DNA of 56,881 nucleotides, counting the filler, from Sphacelaria rigidula (Eukaryota), in NCBI GenBank assembly GCA_964200075.2. It is 7 parts of 7 records of this genome, joined end to end, with 100 filler letters (N's around TTAATTAATTAA, not from the genome) between each part and the next. Parts side by side here need not be neighbours in the genome. Positions count along the whole stretch, not along the records: positions 1 to 8,041 come from CAXNAA020012534.1; positions 8,142 to 16,182 come from CAXNAA020012535.1; 5 more parts are not named here. The stretch is one strand, 5' to 3'. How positions within the stretch are numbered: position 1 is the first letter of the stretch; every line of letters begins with the position of its first letter. Position numbers and translations under genes: made by a program. Below the pieces are notes generated by a model, which saw only the letters and a program-made list of their open reading frames with translations, was not told the origin of the DNA and made no database searches. Below are positions 1 to 13,353 of this stretch, one piece after another.

Positions 1-854
1 ACCCAGGTACACGCAGCCCCGATACTTGGAATGACGCAAACGTTTCGTGGATACCCCTTGGACCAGCGGTCAACTTTTTTCTCCATTTTGGCCAATCAGG
101 CCGAAGTAATTGTGGATTTGGTGATTCGAAGTCGTGATGACTTGTCCTAACCGTGAAATGTTTTCATCTGACGATGCCACCCCACGAATACCACACCCGA
201 TCTACCCTCGTCCACCTTTGCCGCATTCTCAACTTCGTCATCAGAACAAGACCGCATGACGCTGCCCCTTTTTCTCCCTCTGGTTCCCTCGAGCGGTACT
301 TTTCCTCGAGCGCCATCCGTCGGCGACAAACGTTTTAGCGCGAATGTTGAAATCTCGACATTTATTGGTTTTTTTGGTGACCGAAATTCACTATTTATGA
401 ATCCTCAACCTAGTCCTTCGTCTGCGGGGACATCCGCACGTAGAAGTACAGCTGCAGAGTCAGCCTGTCACCCAAAGCTACGGTAGAGCAGAAAAGGAAA
501 CGAAGATGTGAGCTTCGTAGTTTCCGCTCAATAATGAGGAGTGTTGTGAATTACCGTCATGAACGTACAGCGACCGTTTGCCGGTATGAGTCCATCCCTG
601 GCTTCGACTTGCTCAACGACACACACGGTGCTATCTTTGCTATGGGATTGAATAACATGATGCTTTCCCCCGCCCGGAAGCACTGTCACTCCCCTCGTTC
701 CCGTTTAGTTGTGCACTACCCTGTAGCCCCATACCGCCGCATAAAATTGGCTTTTCAACCTATTCCTACGGAGACGCTAAAGGATTATCCCAGGATGCGA
801 AGCTTCGCGGGACTTACATTCTCCTGACGTCGAACGTGTTTGTACTCCACTAAG

Positions 855-3800
855 GCGCTCGCGGCCTACATGCAAGGGTCCGAACTCTTCACACCGGCGG
901 TAACTCGAGGATTCGGGTTGGGGCAGCTGGAGGTGATTCTTAAGGCCGCCATGCAATCGGCTGGGGTGGAAGGCCGCCCATCAACGTTCCTGATTGAGGA
1001 TCATCATATCACTTCGGATGACATTTTGGAGACGATTAATTCTCTTCTCAGCGCAGGTAGGTGCTGTTGACCGTTGAATTTTTACGAAAAACCGCTACAG
1101 GTATGTTTGTGCTTTCTCAACTCCTTCACGGTCGGGGTGGGCAATCCGTCGGATCGTTCTCATCTTCACCTGAAAATGAACGTGGTATTCAAATCGAGAA
1201 CTCTGGTAGTCGCAGGCTCGAAATATTTTGCGTTGTCTACAACGTTCATTGTCTGCGGCCAATTCATGATCGTAATGTTGGCAGGCGAGGTACCCGGTCT
1301 GCACAGCCAGGAAGAACTGGAGCCCTTGCTGGCCCCGTTGAAAGAACAGATGCGAGAAGATGGGAACCACAAGACCACCTATGACTTCTTCGTCAGTAGA
1401 GTGCAACAAAATCTTCACGTCGTGCTATGCATGGTGAGGCAGAGAAACTGAACACGAGCCCACAACTTTCACCTCCTTCTATTTGAATAAGACGTTGAAC
1501 TATCTGAGCGCGCGAGTGGGGTCTGACATCGTTCTTTTGACATGATGGAGGGGGCTCCTCTTAATTGCAGGGTTGGGTTCATGATACTCCCGTAGAAATG
1601 CAGGGCAAGGCGCTCTCAACGTCAATCCGTCTGTTTTTATGCTTCATGTAATTGTGGTTATTTCTGTTCAACATCCGCCTAGTATAAACTGTTCTACGTG
1701 GAGTTCCTTTCAACAAAACTCCTTACCAATAGTGACAAAACAAGCAGTGAACACGCTCGACACGAGTACCTCGGTCTGGATCCTGGCATATCTGCAATTT
1801 GCCGCGTTTAGTCAATCGGCACTTCGTTGATTCTGTTGTCATATTGACTCTACATTCGTGGGGGCTTAGCCACCACGCCCCCGGTGGTGCAAATTTAAAA
1901 TGGTCCAACCGACTCAATCAGGATGGCAACTTCAATTCTCGTCAGGCATGTTCGAATCTTTTCCATCGAAGCATCTGAATTCCGCCGGTGAAAGCGTGAT
2001 GACGTGAGTAGACAAAAAAAGTATGTTTTGACCGAGATGGTGTCGGGAGACTTGAGGCAGTGCGGCGATGCTGATCCACTCCTTGATTCCCACATGCGGG
2101 GCGTGTACCGGATTGTACATATGATCTTGCGTGGCGTAGTCGTACGGCCATTGACTTCGCATCCTCGCAAAGCCGGGACGGAGCACGCGGGTTTTTCGCC
2201 GGACCAGGCTCAAACCGGGAGAGATTGGTTGATCCCTTTACACCACGGACTCGTCCCGAGGAAGGGGAGGGGTTAACAGTGTGGCGAAAAAACAACAAGG
2301 TATTTTCGTTGTGAAGTTCTTTGTTGTTCGTGACACGTATACTTCGCGCAGGACCCCGGCAACCCGCGTTTCGCCGTCCGGTGTGAGTCCAACCCAGCGC
2401 TGTACAACAGCTGCACCTGCCTTTGGTTTGGACAGTGGAAGCGAGCGAGCTTGCGCCTCGTCCCTAGGTGAAGAAGTTCGAAAACTAGGAAGAAATGGAA
2501 TAATCCTGTATATTGGAATACAACGTCACCAAAGCAGATTTACCGTCCGCGGAAGAGTTGACCCTTCGATTCAGTCGCTTTGAGGAGTTCTATTCAGCCA
2601 GCGATCCACAGCATCCAAACGATAGCTTCAGTGCCGTAGAGTGATGTTGCCCCCGGAAAGGATCGGCATAACATGAATACGATCCGACCATTCCTCGCGG
2701 TCTAGCTTTAAATAGGAAATTGACGAAATCAGGAAAAAATTATCGGGGGTTCAACCTAGCGTTGTGCCATAGCTGCGACCGCCGATGGTCTGATCGGGAG
2801 TGCCGGCCTGCGAGCTTGCACCCGCCTTCGAGGTTATAGAGAACAATTTTGTAATGCTGCAACTGGCCTCAAAAATGCTCACAAAAATGTGCACATGAAA
2901 TACCACGAAAACACCCATCAACCTTTGTCAGTTTTGCCAACGTTTCTCGAACCCACGCACCAAAGACCACACGAGAGACACCGAGAGATGCTCATGAAAC
3001 AACGTTATCGGGCTCTGGTGCCCTCCCTATCTAGGCTGGGAGTGGTGAAATCCCGCTGTGAAAGCTTCACACAATACGAAGCTAAACATAATCCATGGCG
3101 CGAACAAGTATGGTCGTCTATGTTTAGGATGCTCTACGACTACCATCCGTGGCACGCGTGGTTGGTGTGGTTTTGACCTCTATTTACCCGCTAACATGTA
3201 TTTGGCGGTGCGAATTTCAACGTCTATCTCTCTGTTCTTTTTCAGGGAGCGTTCTTATCACCTGTAGTTTTCACGGTTGCCATTTTGTGCACGTCAGCAA
3301 GGGCCCATACAAGATTTTACATGTTTTTGGCGTGATACAACGACTCTTGCAATTGGAAAATGATCATTGTCAGCATACTGCATCATTGGGGGATACATTT
3401 GGGCTTGCCCAATGGTCGCCTCGCTCCAGCAGGATGAAACCTTGCGTCCTCACTTATACATTTGTTTTTACTTTTCAGACTTGGATATTAATCAGGATGG
3501 ACACGCTAGATTGTTGGTATTTGGTGACACGAACTATGGCTGTCTTCATTTTGCAAAATGTACTACGACGATTGACTCTCGACACAAATGTTATGTTTTT
3601 TTTTTTTCCTGAAGTCCTGCGACCCAGGCCTAGCATTTGTTTTATCGGGTCCGGTACTAGAAAATCGCCTGGCTTTTTTTTTCTTCGTTTGCAGTTCACG
3701 TTGCTTGTCCTTTTCATTATTCATACTCCCCATATCTCAAACTTTCTCCAACGAGGTTTTTCCCTGTGCGTCTGTGTTGCGATCGTTTTTGGATTCGTCG

Positions 3801-6582
3801 AGGGTCAGTCGAGGTCAATGTGTCACAATTAATAAACCGATCAATCAACACAAGTACTTCGTACCTCCACATCCGGCAGGGTGATGAGTGGCGTTGAAAC
3901 TCATGGTGCTTGACGCTTGAATATCTTTTCCCCATTTGCTCCCCTCCCCTCTGGCAGGATGATCCATGGTGTGAAAAATCTGTTGGAGGGCAAAGACACG
4001 GATGTAGACGATACCGGGGGTGACATCGACCTCGCTCAGCAAGATGGCAAAAACGGGTACGGTCGTCGAAACTGGGGGTGGCTGAAGGGTGGAAAATGCT
4101 TCTCGTCGTATATATCGTGCTCTTCGAATACTAAATGCGAAGATGAAGCAAAGTCTATATAGAGCTGGGTACACAGCCGGATTTCAAAAGGTTTCTCGTG
4201 CTTTACAACATGGCTTTGGAGTCCGTGAAACTTTGACATTCACCCGCCACCGTTTTCCGTTTCGGAAGCACTGCACACGTGCTTGCGCGATTGTTCAAAC
4301 AGATTGAATCGCATCTCACCGCCACATCATTTCCTAAGCTATAAGCACTCGATGCGAACTATGCAACGCAAGGGGAAGAACACCATACGTAGGTGACACG
4401 TTTTCCTGACCACCTCGGCCGTCATCCCGACGAGACATGACCCCGCCGCGAGACGAAGTATCGCTTATTACCGTGAGCATGGTTTCGAGAAAGGTCTTTT
4501 TTCAAACGTGAACTATCAAACGGATAAAACCGTGTACTTTCCAATTTTGGGTCTAGAACATTTGTAGAAAGATTGGAAAGGCCGGAGGAGCGTAGCTGGC
4601 ATTATCTCTGAGTTAGATCGAGCCTGACCAACGTCGTATAGGGCGCATTGTTCATGAAGAGAAAACGTCTTTGATTATGTGAGCATCGTTCCGACGACCA
4701 CATAAACCTGTGGAAAACCCACGCAAGCATAGGGAAAGAATAGTCTCGGGTGCGAGCATAACTATGTATCCGAACTGTCTTCGCATCGTACGCTTTATCG
4801 TGTTTGCTCGCGAAGCGATGGCCTCGATGAAGACGAAGGAGAGACGAAGGGTGGCGAGGGCAAGCGGGGGGGGGGCGAAAGCAAACGGGACGGGAAAGGA
4901 GGGCGAGCGCGAGAGAGGCCGAGAGCAGGTCGACAGCCTCGACAAGGAAGGGCTGCTCAACACGTCAGAGGTACAATACGAGGAGGAACCGGTCGAACTC
5001 TCCGATGCAAATATGATCATCTTTCCTCCCCTCACAACACGATTCCCACCCATACGGGAGCAACCTCGTTCAATCCAACCTCAACTGTATCCACCGAAAT
5101 TCGAAGATCGCCCAACGAAGACCGTAACAATCAGTCGCAGCGATTGGGGATGGGCCTCCAGTAACACGCGCCGAATTCACACGGTGAGGCTTCGTCTCTG
5201 ATCCATCTCAATCAAGCTCAGCCAAACTCATCCCGACTGACCCGCAGAGCGAACCCAACCCAACCCAACTCCGCTACCGTACGAAATCAGTCATGAGATA
5301 CCAAGAGGGGGCACCTATGCTAACCACACCAGCTTCCATTACGCTTCGCCACCAACCCAACCCCGCCAACCGCCCCAAACCAATTCAACGACAGGTCTAC
5401 TGGGTGACGCTCTCACCGAGAAGATAGCGGAGATGCACGAAAATGGTGCTCTATCGGCCGAATCAGAGACTGAGCCAGCTGCATCAAGCGGAGGGTCTGG
5501 GTTTGGGCCAAGCGCTGCGACGCCCATGGAGTACGTTTCGTTTTTGCATGGCTGGTTCGATATGCATGAGTCAAAGAAGGTGCGGTGTGACTCGCGGGCG
5601 CGTCCTTGTACGCATCACGGATGTTTGGATTGATTGATTGGTCGTGTGACTGTTTGAGTGTCGCACTTTGACTGAGCCCCCAGGGATCCTGCTGTGGTCA
5701 CATGATAGGCGTAAAAGGTAGGGTAATAAATGCTGAACTGTGACCATAATAATAGTGTAGGCTTGTACACCCGGCAACAATGAGAAATTCTGGATAAAAT
5801 TGTGATCACGTCGAGAGGGAGCAGTGAGAGGTCAACGGAAAAGTTGCTGTGAACAAGTAATGAGCAGTGCCAACCTGAAAGGCAGGTAGTGGTGGCATAG
5901 GAGGTGGTAGATTTGGGCTATTTTCTGCGGTACCTATGGGAGGCGACTCGTTTCCTACAGGGGTCTAATTCGGAATGTATGAGTTTAAAGAGGTGCGGCA
6001 TGAAAAATGAACACCCCGATTCAAGGCTGCTGCCATTCGGCATTCGAGAAGGTTTTGGATATCGGTGTCCTCGGGGATACGAGTATGGTGATGTTTAACG
6101 GCGGCAACATCTCGGGTATGTCGACGTGTCAACCTCGAAGGATCTATGCTACGGGTGTCAGCCTCTGGTTTCGCCAACGACGTTTAGTGCCTGAGGCTCA
6201 TTTCATTACAAAAAACAGGCTTGTTCTATGATGACATGCAATGATGATGACATGCGATGATGATGACATGCGATGATGATGACATGCGATGATGATGACA
6301 TGCAATGATGATGACGTGTATCGATCAACATGCTGACAGCCACACTTATAAGTGATGGCGATACACGTGCGTCAGTGCACCGCATTATGTAACGATCAAC
6401 ATACTTGAAGTCACTCTTGTCAGTGATTGTGATATATGCGCGTCAATGCACCTCAGGGATCGCTGAGAGAAGAGCTTGGGCATCTGACGGCTGGCCTGAG
6501 CAAGCTCGAAGAAGCTTCGGCCACGGTTGATGACCTCAGCAAAACTGCGGCCCAAAAGCAAAAAGATCTACAGGCGGCACAG
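855..6582 (+). CDS. DYNC2H1: Cytoplasmic dynein-2 (IFT dynein) heavy chain, partial: 7 internal exons from AAA4 to the start of the stalk coiled coil
   Basis: Phase-compatible AG/GT exons 855-1056, 1285-1433, 2352-2467, 3958-4056, 4816-4970, 5395-5579, 6457-6582. Spliced product includes ILETINSLLSAGEVPGLHSQEELEPLLAPLKEQ...QQNLHVVLCMDPGNPRFAVRCESNPALYNSC...HLTAGLSKLEEASATVDDL, matching recalled DYNC2H1 motifs (INSLLSSGEVPGLY, QQNLHIVLIMD, CESNPAL). Confidence 0.93.
6228..6317. repeat. 16-bp minisatellite (ATGATGATGACATGCR), about 5.5 copies, intronic
   Basis: Directly visible tandem array. Confidence 0.9.
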
Positions 6583-8041
6583 GTTATAAAGCGCGGCGAG
6601 CCATACGCCCTCCGTTGTTTGATTTTTTCAAGTCGAGTGGTTTCGAGGAAATTATTTTGTTCAAGGTTCTTCTTGAGGTTCCGAAGCTGTTGCTGCATAA
6701 ATTTCTGATTAACTACGGAAGCAACGTATCGTGCACTGGACACGTCTCGTGAAGCTATTTCAGCTCGATGATGCAAAAAAAACAGAGTTATCAGAACGTC
6801 CTCCATGACTGTTCGTATCGGCTCGGTAAACATCATGTCTAGCTCTACAGCTCTTCCATGGATATACCATCTGTGCCACACAGTTTGATGTTGCCATGCG
6901 CATAAAACGAAACTTGCATCTAGTTTCAGGGCTGCGGAAAATGCATCAGTCATTCCAGGACACGATACGAGCTGGGCCAGCCCAGAAACGGATTTAAGCT
7001 CTCCAAGCAATATCTCATCGACATGGACGACTTGGGCTATTATCCTCATATCGCATTCATCGTCTAATCAAGGGAAAAGTGCCCATCTGCTGAAAAGTTT
7101 GGGCCAACATTTTCTCGTTGATTAAACCCCATTTCTAGTAATTCCTATACCTAACGGAGATAGCATCCACACTACAATCTAGATGAAACCCGCGATCGAT
7201 ACATTCAGCGGGTGACGACGATTTTGGTGTGGATATTCCCTGGCGATAGATACCCTCACCTTCACCTAATTCGTGATCTATCTCGAGATATGGCGCACAT
7301 AAGTTCCCATACTAAAATCAATGTATTACGAGCAGAGGCACTAGATGAACAAAATGTGGATATCGCGTCTCAGTTTTTGAGAGTCATGCCATGGAATTTC
7401 GTATGAAGAACCGATGGTGCATAATAAAGGCAAAAAAAAAAAAGCTTTTTTATTTTTTTCGTTTTTTTATTCTGCTTCCGATTTTAGGGCAGTTTTGAGG
7501 AGAAATGAACACTGCTCTTGGGCCATATCTGAATTTTTCAGCTCTATTTTTATGATTGTGTTTCGAAACTCAGGATAAAGAACCACGGAGGTATGCAGAA
7601 ACGAAACAAAATGGACCCTCGATCTCATTTTATTTTCGGGGGAGATTCGGGCGTTCTCGTAAAAAAATGGTCACTTCCACCCTAAAACGCTCTAAACTAG
7701 TGAAAAAAATGCAAAAAACAACCTGACCCACTTTGCTTTGATAATTATGCCCTAGCCACGGCCCACACAAAGTCTCAACACACAAACACCAAACGTAGGC
7801 CGGTAAGTGGCCTGCAAAATACTGTTCCGAATTTCTTGAGACCCCGTCACTGAACGTCCCATTCATCGGTCAATATTCAGAGTTGGACTCTGAAATTTGG
7901 TTTGGAGAAAGAAGGATTGTCACGACGTAGTCTGCTTTGTCATTCTGTTCGACTCCTCTTTCTGCTTCCTTTTTTTTCTGTTCCTTTTTTTTCTGTTCCT
8001 TTTTTTTTCTCCTTAGAGCGTGTTTCAGTTTCTTTTTTGTT

Positions 8042-8141
8042 NNNNNNNNNNNNNNNNNNNNNNNNNNNNNNNNNNNNNNNNNNNNTTAATTAATTAANNN
8101 NNNNNNNNNNNNNNNNNNNNNNNNNNNNNNNNNNNNNNNNN
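8042..8141. other. Artificial contig linker
   Basis: N44-TTAATTAATTAA-N44, with stops in all six frames. Confidence 0.99.
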
Positions 8142-8494
8142 AGAGAACAGTAGTAGCGGTCACGAGAACATTGCCCTATTTTTTCAACATGGTTTTCAGC
8201 GCACAGAGGCACGTCTTGTCCAAAAGGAGAGGCAGAGAGAAATCGATGTTCGCGATGGCAACAGGCAGGAAGAGACACGAAATTTGTCCGCACGTCGATG
8301 CTCTGGCATATGAAAAAACTGGCACATGCTGGTAAGATCAAGGATGCCAGTCTCTCGAGAGTTTCGTAATCACCGAGCGCGGACACACAACGGGCACGGG
8401 CGAGGAGCTTCCTCTGTTGTTGCTTCTCTCTGGTGATATCGTCATCGACACGCGTGTACACCGCATTTCGTTGGGTGCACCTAGCCAGAGTTAC

Positions 8495-8606
8495 TTAACC
8501 CTTGGACCGCGGTGCCCGTAGTCCATCTGGACCACACGTGTACTTTTTCCAAGTGAATATTGATGCCGGTGCAGCAGGTGACCTACTCTCGCGGTCTGAC
8601 GGTGAA
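8495..8606 (-). mobile_element. ~110-bp piggyBac-like MITE, degenerate copy
   Basis: TTAA-CCCTTGGACCGCGG...CGCGGTCTGACGGTGAA; the interior is the reverse complement of the copy at ~47898-48003. Confidence 0.7.
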
Positions 8607-9385
8607 GTCCTCCTGCGGAGTTTGGGGGGGAAGATACTTTCGCTGTGTTACTCTTTCGTATCTTCCCTGCAATAGAGAAATGCGACTTCAGCCCCATTTT
8701 AGTGTTGCACCCCAAAATCTCAAATCGGCTGTTATTCCCCTACTTCCTTGAACCTGGGATCTTTTCCAACATTACTAGATCCATTACGGGTTGGTTTTTG
8801 TTTCCTGCGACATCTCTAGTCATGCGTCCGCTGTTATTACACGTCTACACAGCAGTAGGTGGCAAGTTGGTCGTCTAGATCGCCCGCCGGCAATTTTTTA
8901 GCTTGCAGTGTGTTCCTTGTAGCTCGATCGCTTTTGCGGGTTCATTTTTATTGTACACGGCTTTTGTGTCAAGACTTCCTCTGTCAACCCTTGGTTTTAT
9001 GGTCATGGATGGTATGCTCCTTGCACGCCGTTACCACTAGTCGGACGGATCGAACTAGAGTCTTCAAGAAATCGAGCCAATGTGACGTGAACATAAAAAA
9101 AATCACAGTACTCCGCCGGTGAGAGTTGAAATGTTTGATGCCCGTGCCGTGTCTTTCGCGCACGAATTACACCCGTGCCATGCCTTCCGCGACTTTCCGT
9201 GAAGATCATTCCTGAAGAACGAGCATGGCGCCCACAGGAGTGGCGGTGCCATCAACAATGTTGACCATTTTGACTCGATATTCAGGTGAAGGAGGACAAA
9301 ATGTCTCGGAAGTTTTCGGTCTCCGACGTTGGCGCTAGCGTGCGTCCCGCCCCAGCCCGCGAGGACCGCTGTTAGATGCTCGGAA

Positions 9386-9727
9386 CGCGGGATTTCACGA
9401 ATTGTGGGTGTTTCTTTCATTGTGGATGGAAACCGGGAGAGAAAAAATATTCGTATCCACACCAACTCTTCGAAATCTGCTTCCATTTTTCCACTTGCTG
9501 GTATCTTTCAACAACTATTACACGCCTAATTATCTTGGAGATTTGGGGTGTCTGATCGGACGCCAAAATTGTTTCGTCACCTAGGACCCCGATGGTTGTA
9601 GAAATCCAACTTTGTATCGCGTGTAGTAGTTGTCGATAGCTATTAATAGCAGCAAGTGAACAAATTGAAGCTTAGTCCAAATATTTCTTTTCCCCCGGTT
9701 TCCATCCCCAATTTGAAAAATCCCGTG
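9386..9727. mobile_element. Degenerate copy of the CACGGGATC-ended foldback MITE family
   Basis: Shares blocks (CGTATCCAC, CTTCGAAAT, CGGACGCCAA, TCACCTAGGACCCC, GTGTAGYAGTTGTC, terminal ATCCCGTG) with 14455-14856 and 39627-40042. Confidence 0.65.
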
Positions 9728-12700
9728 TTTCGGGCTCAAGCTCTCGCGGTCCGTGCCTACTCTCGTCTTGCGCTAGAGGTACAACCGCAAATATTTCCGG
9801 ATTATTTCGGCTTCCTCAGTCTCCCAGTCATATGCAGATGGATGAAGTGGCATCGACATATCTGTACCCCACCTTGATCAAAATGAACCATCCCTCCCTC
9901 TGTCTTGCCCGGTACCGGGTTTTTGCTTTGGTACAAAATGTGTCGACGTGATCGAGGGAGGTGGAAAATCGACAAAAAAGATATGGTTACAGTAAATTCA
10001 TAACATTTTTTGGTCATGAGACAGCGAAGAAGTACAACGAGCTACGATACAGGTCAACAAAATACATGTTCCGTAGCTTGAAACTTGTAGCTTGATTCCC
10101 CACAGACACACACATAATGTATTTGGCATGCTACAAAACATCAAGACACACGAAAAAAGTGATACGGTAATTTCTCCATCAACCGTATTTTCCTTGACGA
10201 GGTCAAGACATTAGACAACGACGACTTGATTTTTTAATTTCCGTCCTCTGCCGGACTATCTCCTTTTCACTCAAAATGAGACGAGAGCACGTACATTTAC
10301 GAACGTCCTCCATCGTTCCATACTCATCAAGGCCTCCACAAGAATAGCTCCCATGTAGACGAAGAGTACACATTTTTGGTTCACGATCTCACCCAACCTA
10401 TTAAAAACTCCAATCCCAACTGCACGGAGGGAGGCGCGGCATGTCTGCACAGTTATGCAATAATTTCCGCTTGCAGATTCTCCATGATTTGAAGTATCAA
10501 CACCGCACTACATATCCGACAAAATAACCGTTTTTTTTTTATCGTCCAACAACAACCACCTGCAACCCCTGACCATCGAATAGGTTGTACAACAAAAGTG
10601 ATACTTCACACATGGTACTGAACCACCCAAGCATCACGGCGCGCCATTGTTGATGGACTCTACAGCCTAGACAAAAGAGTACATTCAGAACGTACCGCGT
10701 CCAGTATGGGATCTGTCTATTGTGACAGACGCAACTGTGGATATACCGTGCGCGGTATACTTCCTGACAGTGTTATCTATTGTGCATGGTACACCATGTG
10801 ATCGACCCCAGCATATACGCTGTAAAACATGCTCACCCTCTTCGGCTTCTCCGGGACTTGGGCAGTGTTCCGCCGCGAAGTTCCACAGCGATATTCCGGG
10901 TACTCGGGATGCGACATACTCAGAAGGATGAACGCCCGAAAACACTATATTTCGACTCGTTCGCAAAGATCGATATCACACGCGAAACGTGTAAAAAAAT
11001 ACCTTCACAGACTCTGAGTCCGCTTCTATTCAACCTATGATAATACGCCCTCTCGACCCCAAAACGACGACAAAGTAAATAATAACATCATGAAAGAAAG
11101 ACGAAGGTGAAGAATAGTGGACGAGGTAGGCAAGACACCCGAGAGAAAGCCAACTACATCTTGAGAAGAAGCGTGCATCGCCAGTAAATTTTCAACGGTA
11201 ACAGTTTCTATCCACAACCATCGCCAATATATTCCGCGCTTCCTTCTCCCTACAAAGAAGACACGAGTCACGCATTTTCCCTGGAAACGTAAATTGAAAC
11301 TGTTCGACAAGGTTGCTCCACTGCCGCTACAAAATTGAATGCCTGCACCCCATCCACGCATATATATGTATCCTCTCCTATTCTTCCCTCAGGAACGAAG
11401 TATACAACAGCCACATTCCTGGTCCACACTGCTGTTATTCGCAGCAGTGCCGTGATCAAACAGCAACAGTCGGTCGTATCGGAATAAAACACCTACACAG
11501 GATGGTGTCCATCGCCACGTCACAAGAGGTTTTACATGTTGATCGCACTTCCTTTTCTCCGACGCACACAGGATGGGGAACCATCTTTTCAACTCAAACA
11601 CCACCCGTCTCAACAACACACGGCACTGGGATGGTGACGGCTCTGCACAAGACCGTACAGCATGTCAATAAACAAGGTTCATCCTCTCACGACATGCCGT
11701 GACTTAGATTCACTGCTACTATTCCACAAGAGTCGGAAGAAAAACCAAAGCAGACATGCGTCTCCCGGCTTGGTCTCTTCACAGACAGACACACACGGCT
11801 AGTTGGCTACCGCATGACAACTATTTCATACCTGTCACGTCCCCCCGGTGCTATCCCTAGTTTGAGTTTCTATACATACAACCCAAAATCAGCAAACACC
11901 CATCCCCGCCTAAACCACGCCATCTTCAACAAATAGACCGAATATTTTCACCGAGGAGCGTCATCCTAGATTTCTGTTCGGTAGTCATGAAAGCCCTAGA
12001 TGGCACCAACACACAGCACTTTTTACGATACCCCCCATCCCCCCCCAAACCAGCTAAAAGTGTCGCGAAAAAAATGGCCATACAGCGCCTGATGTTCGGG
12101 TTCAGGCTGCATGAAGCGCCTCATATTAAAAACATAGGCCAGAACGAAGCCAAGCGTCAGAATTCCCAGCTTCTCGTTGTGCCTGGCTTTTCCCATTTCA
12201 ATTCACGTGTAGATTTTGCCTCCCAAGACCGTGCACTTTTCGGGGGGGGGCTATCGAAGGAGGTGTCACACGTCCAACGTGTGCGTCCACCGAAAATCCC
12301 CAACATCGACGACGAAGAGATCGACTGAAAAATGACCGAGAGTGGAACACCACTGGTACAGTCGCCGGCAATTGTGCGTGTCACGTTCGTCACTTCGCGC
12401 GTAAAATGAATCACGCACACGTGTATATGGGCACTGAGAATAAGATTATCATAAAAAAAAATCCCCAACTATTGGAAATATGAGTAAAATCAGAAACAAC
12501 ACTGACTCCCTCCGCACCCGATTCCCACTAGAGTCGCACGGACACCTTGTTGGTAGATGGAGTGCGCTTTCCACATCTGGGCCGAAATATGGACAGCGCA
12601 CACGAGGGAGGGTAGATGGTGAGGGAGAGGGGAGGTTATGCATGTGATATTTTGTACCCGACCAGAGTCATGCTACGATAGGGGGGGGGGGTAATTTGGG

Positions 12701-13353
12701 CCACTTCATGCACGAAATTCCAAGTCAAATCGTCGTCGAAACGAGCAACGGTTGCTCGAATGAGCTTGTTATAGATGAATAATGGTCGATCATACCGATT
12801 GACACCGTTTTGAACCAAATACAAGCGCACCCTGAGTGTGGGAGGTCGTCTGACACACTTTCGAGCCTTTTTCACGGGCAATCAAATACCCCCTCCTCCA
12901 TCGTGGGACGACTCGCCAAATGTAATGAACGCGCGACAGCTCAAGCACGTGCGTTGAAATCATGCCGTACTTTTGGGAGCTTCATCCTGGTATTTAGCGG
13001 CACACTACCGTGTGTACATGCATATAGCATCACCGAGTATAGTCAAATGGCGGGAAAAAATCGCGGCTTGCGAAAAAATACATAACATATGCACAGGGAA
13101 GACTGGTTCCGCCTGCCATGAGAAGAGGAGGCTGACCCCCGCTCCCCCTCACCCCCTTCGGTCACATCTCAGAGGGTATGCGAACACACACTTGCAACAC
13201 CCTGCAAGGTGGCAGAACACCCTGGCAAGAAATGGAAGAAAAATAGAGCCAGGAGCAGTGTGAGGCTGGCGTGGTAGGTGCCATGCTGCTGGTCTAGACA
13301 CGTACGTACGTAATCAAATTACCATCTCTCACCAGCACAAGAGGCTTAATCTC

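Noticed and set aside
4710-5201. 163-aa ORF as the coding frame
   Set aside because: The dynein exon 4816-4970 uses a different frame, fixed by the splice phases.
8086-8097. TTAATTAATTAA as a biological motif, and ORFs running into N runs
   Set aside because: Artificial linker.
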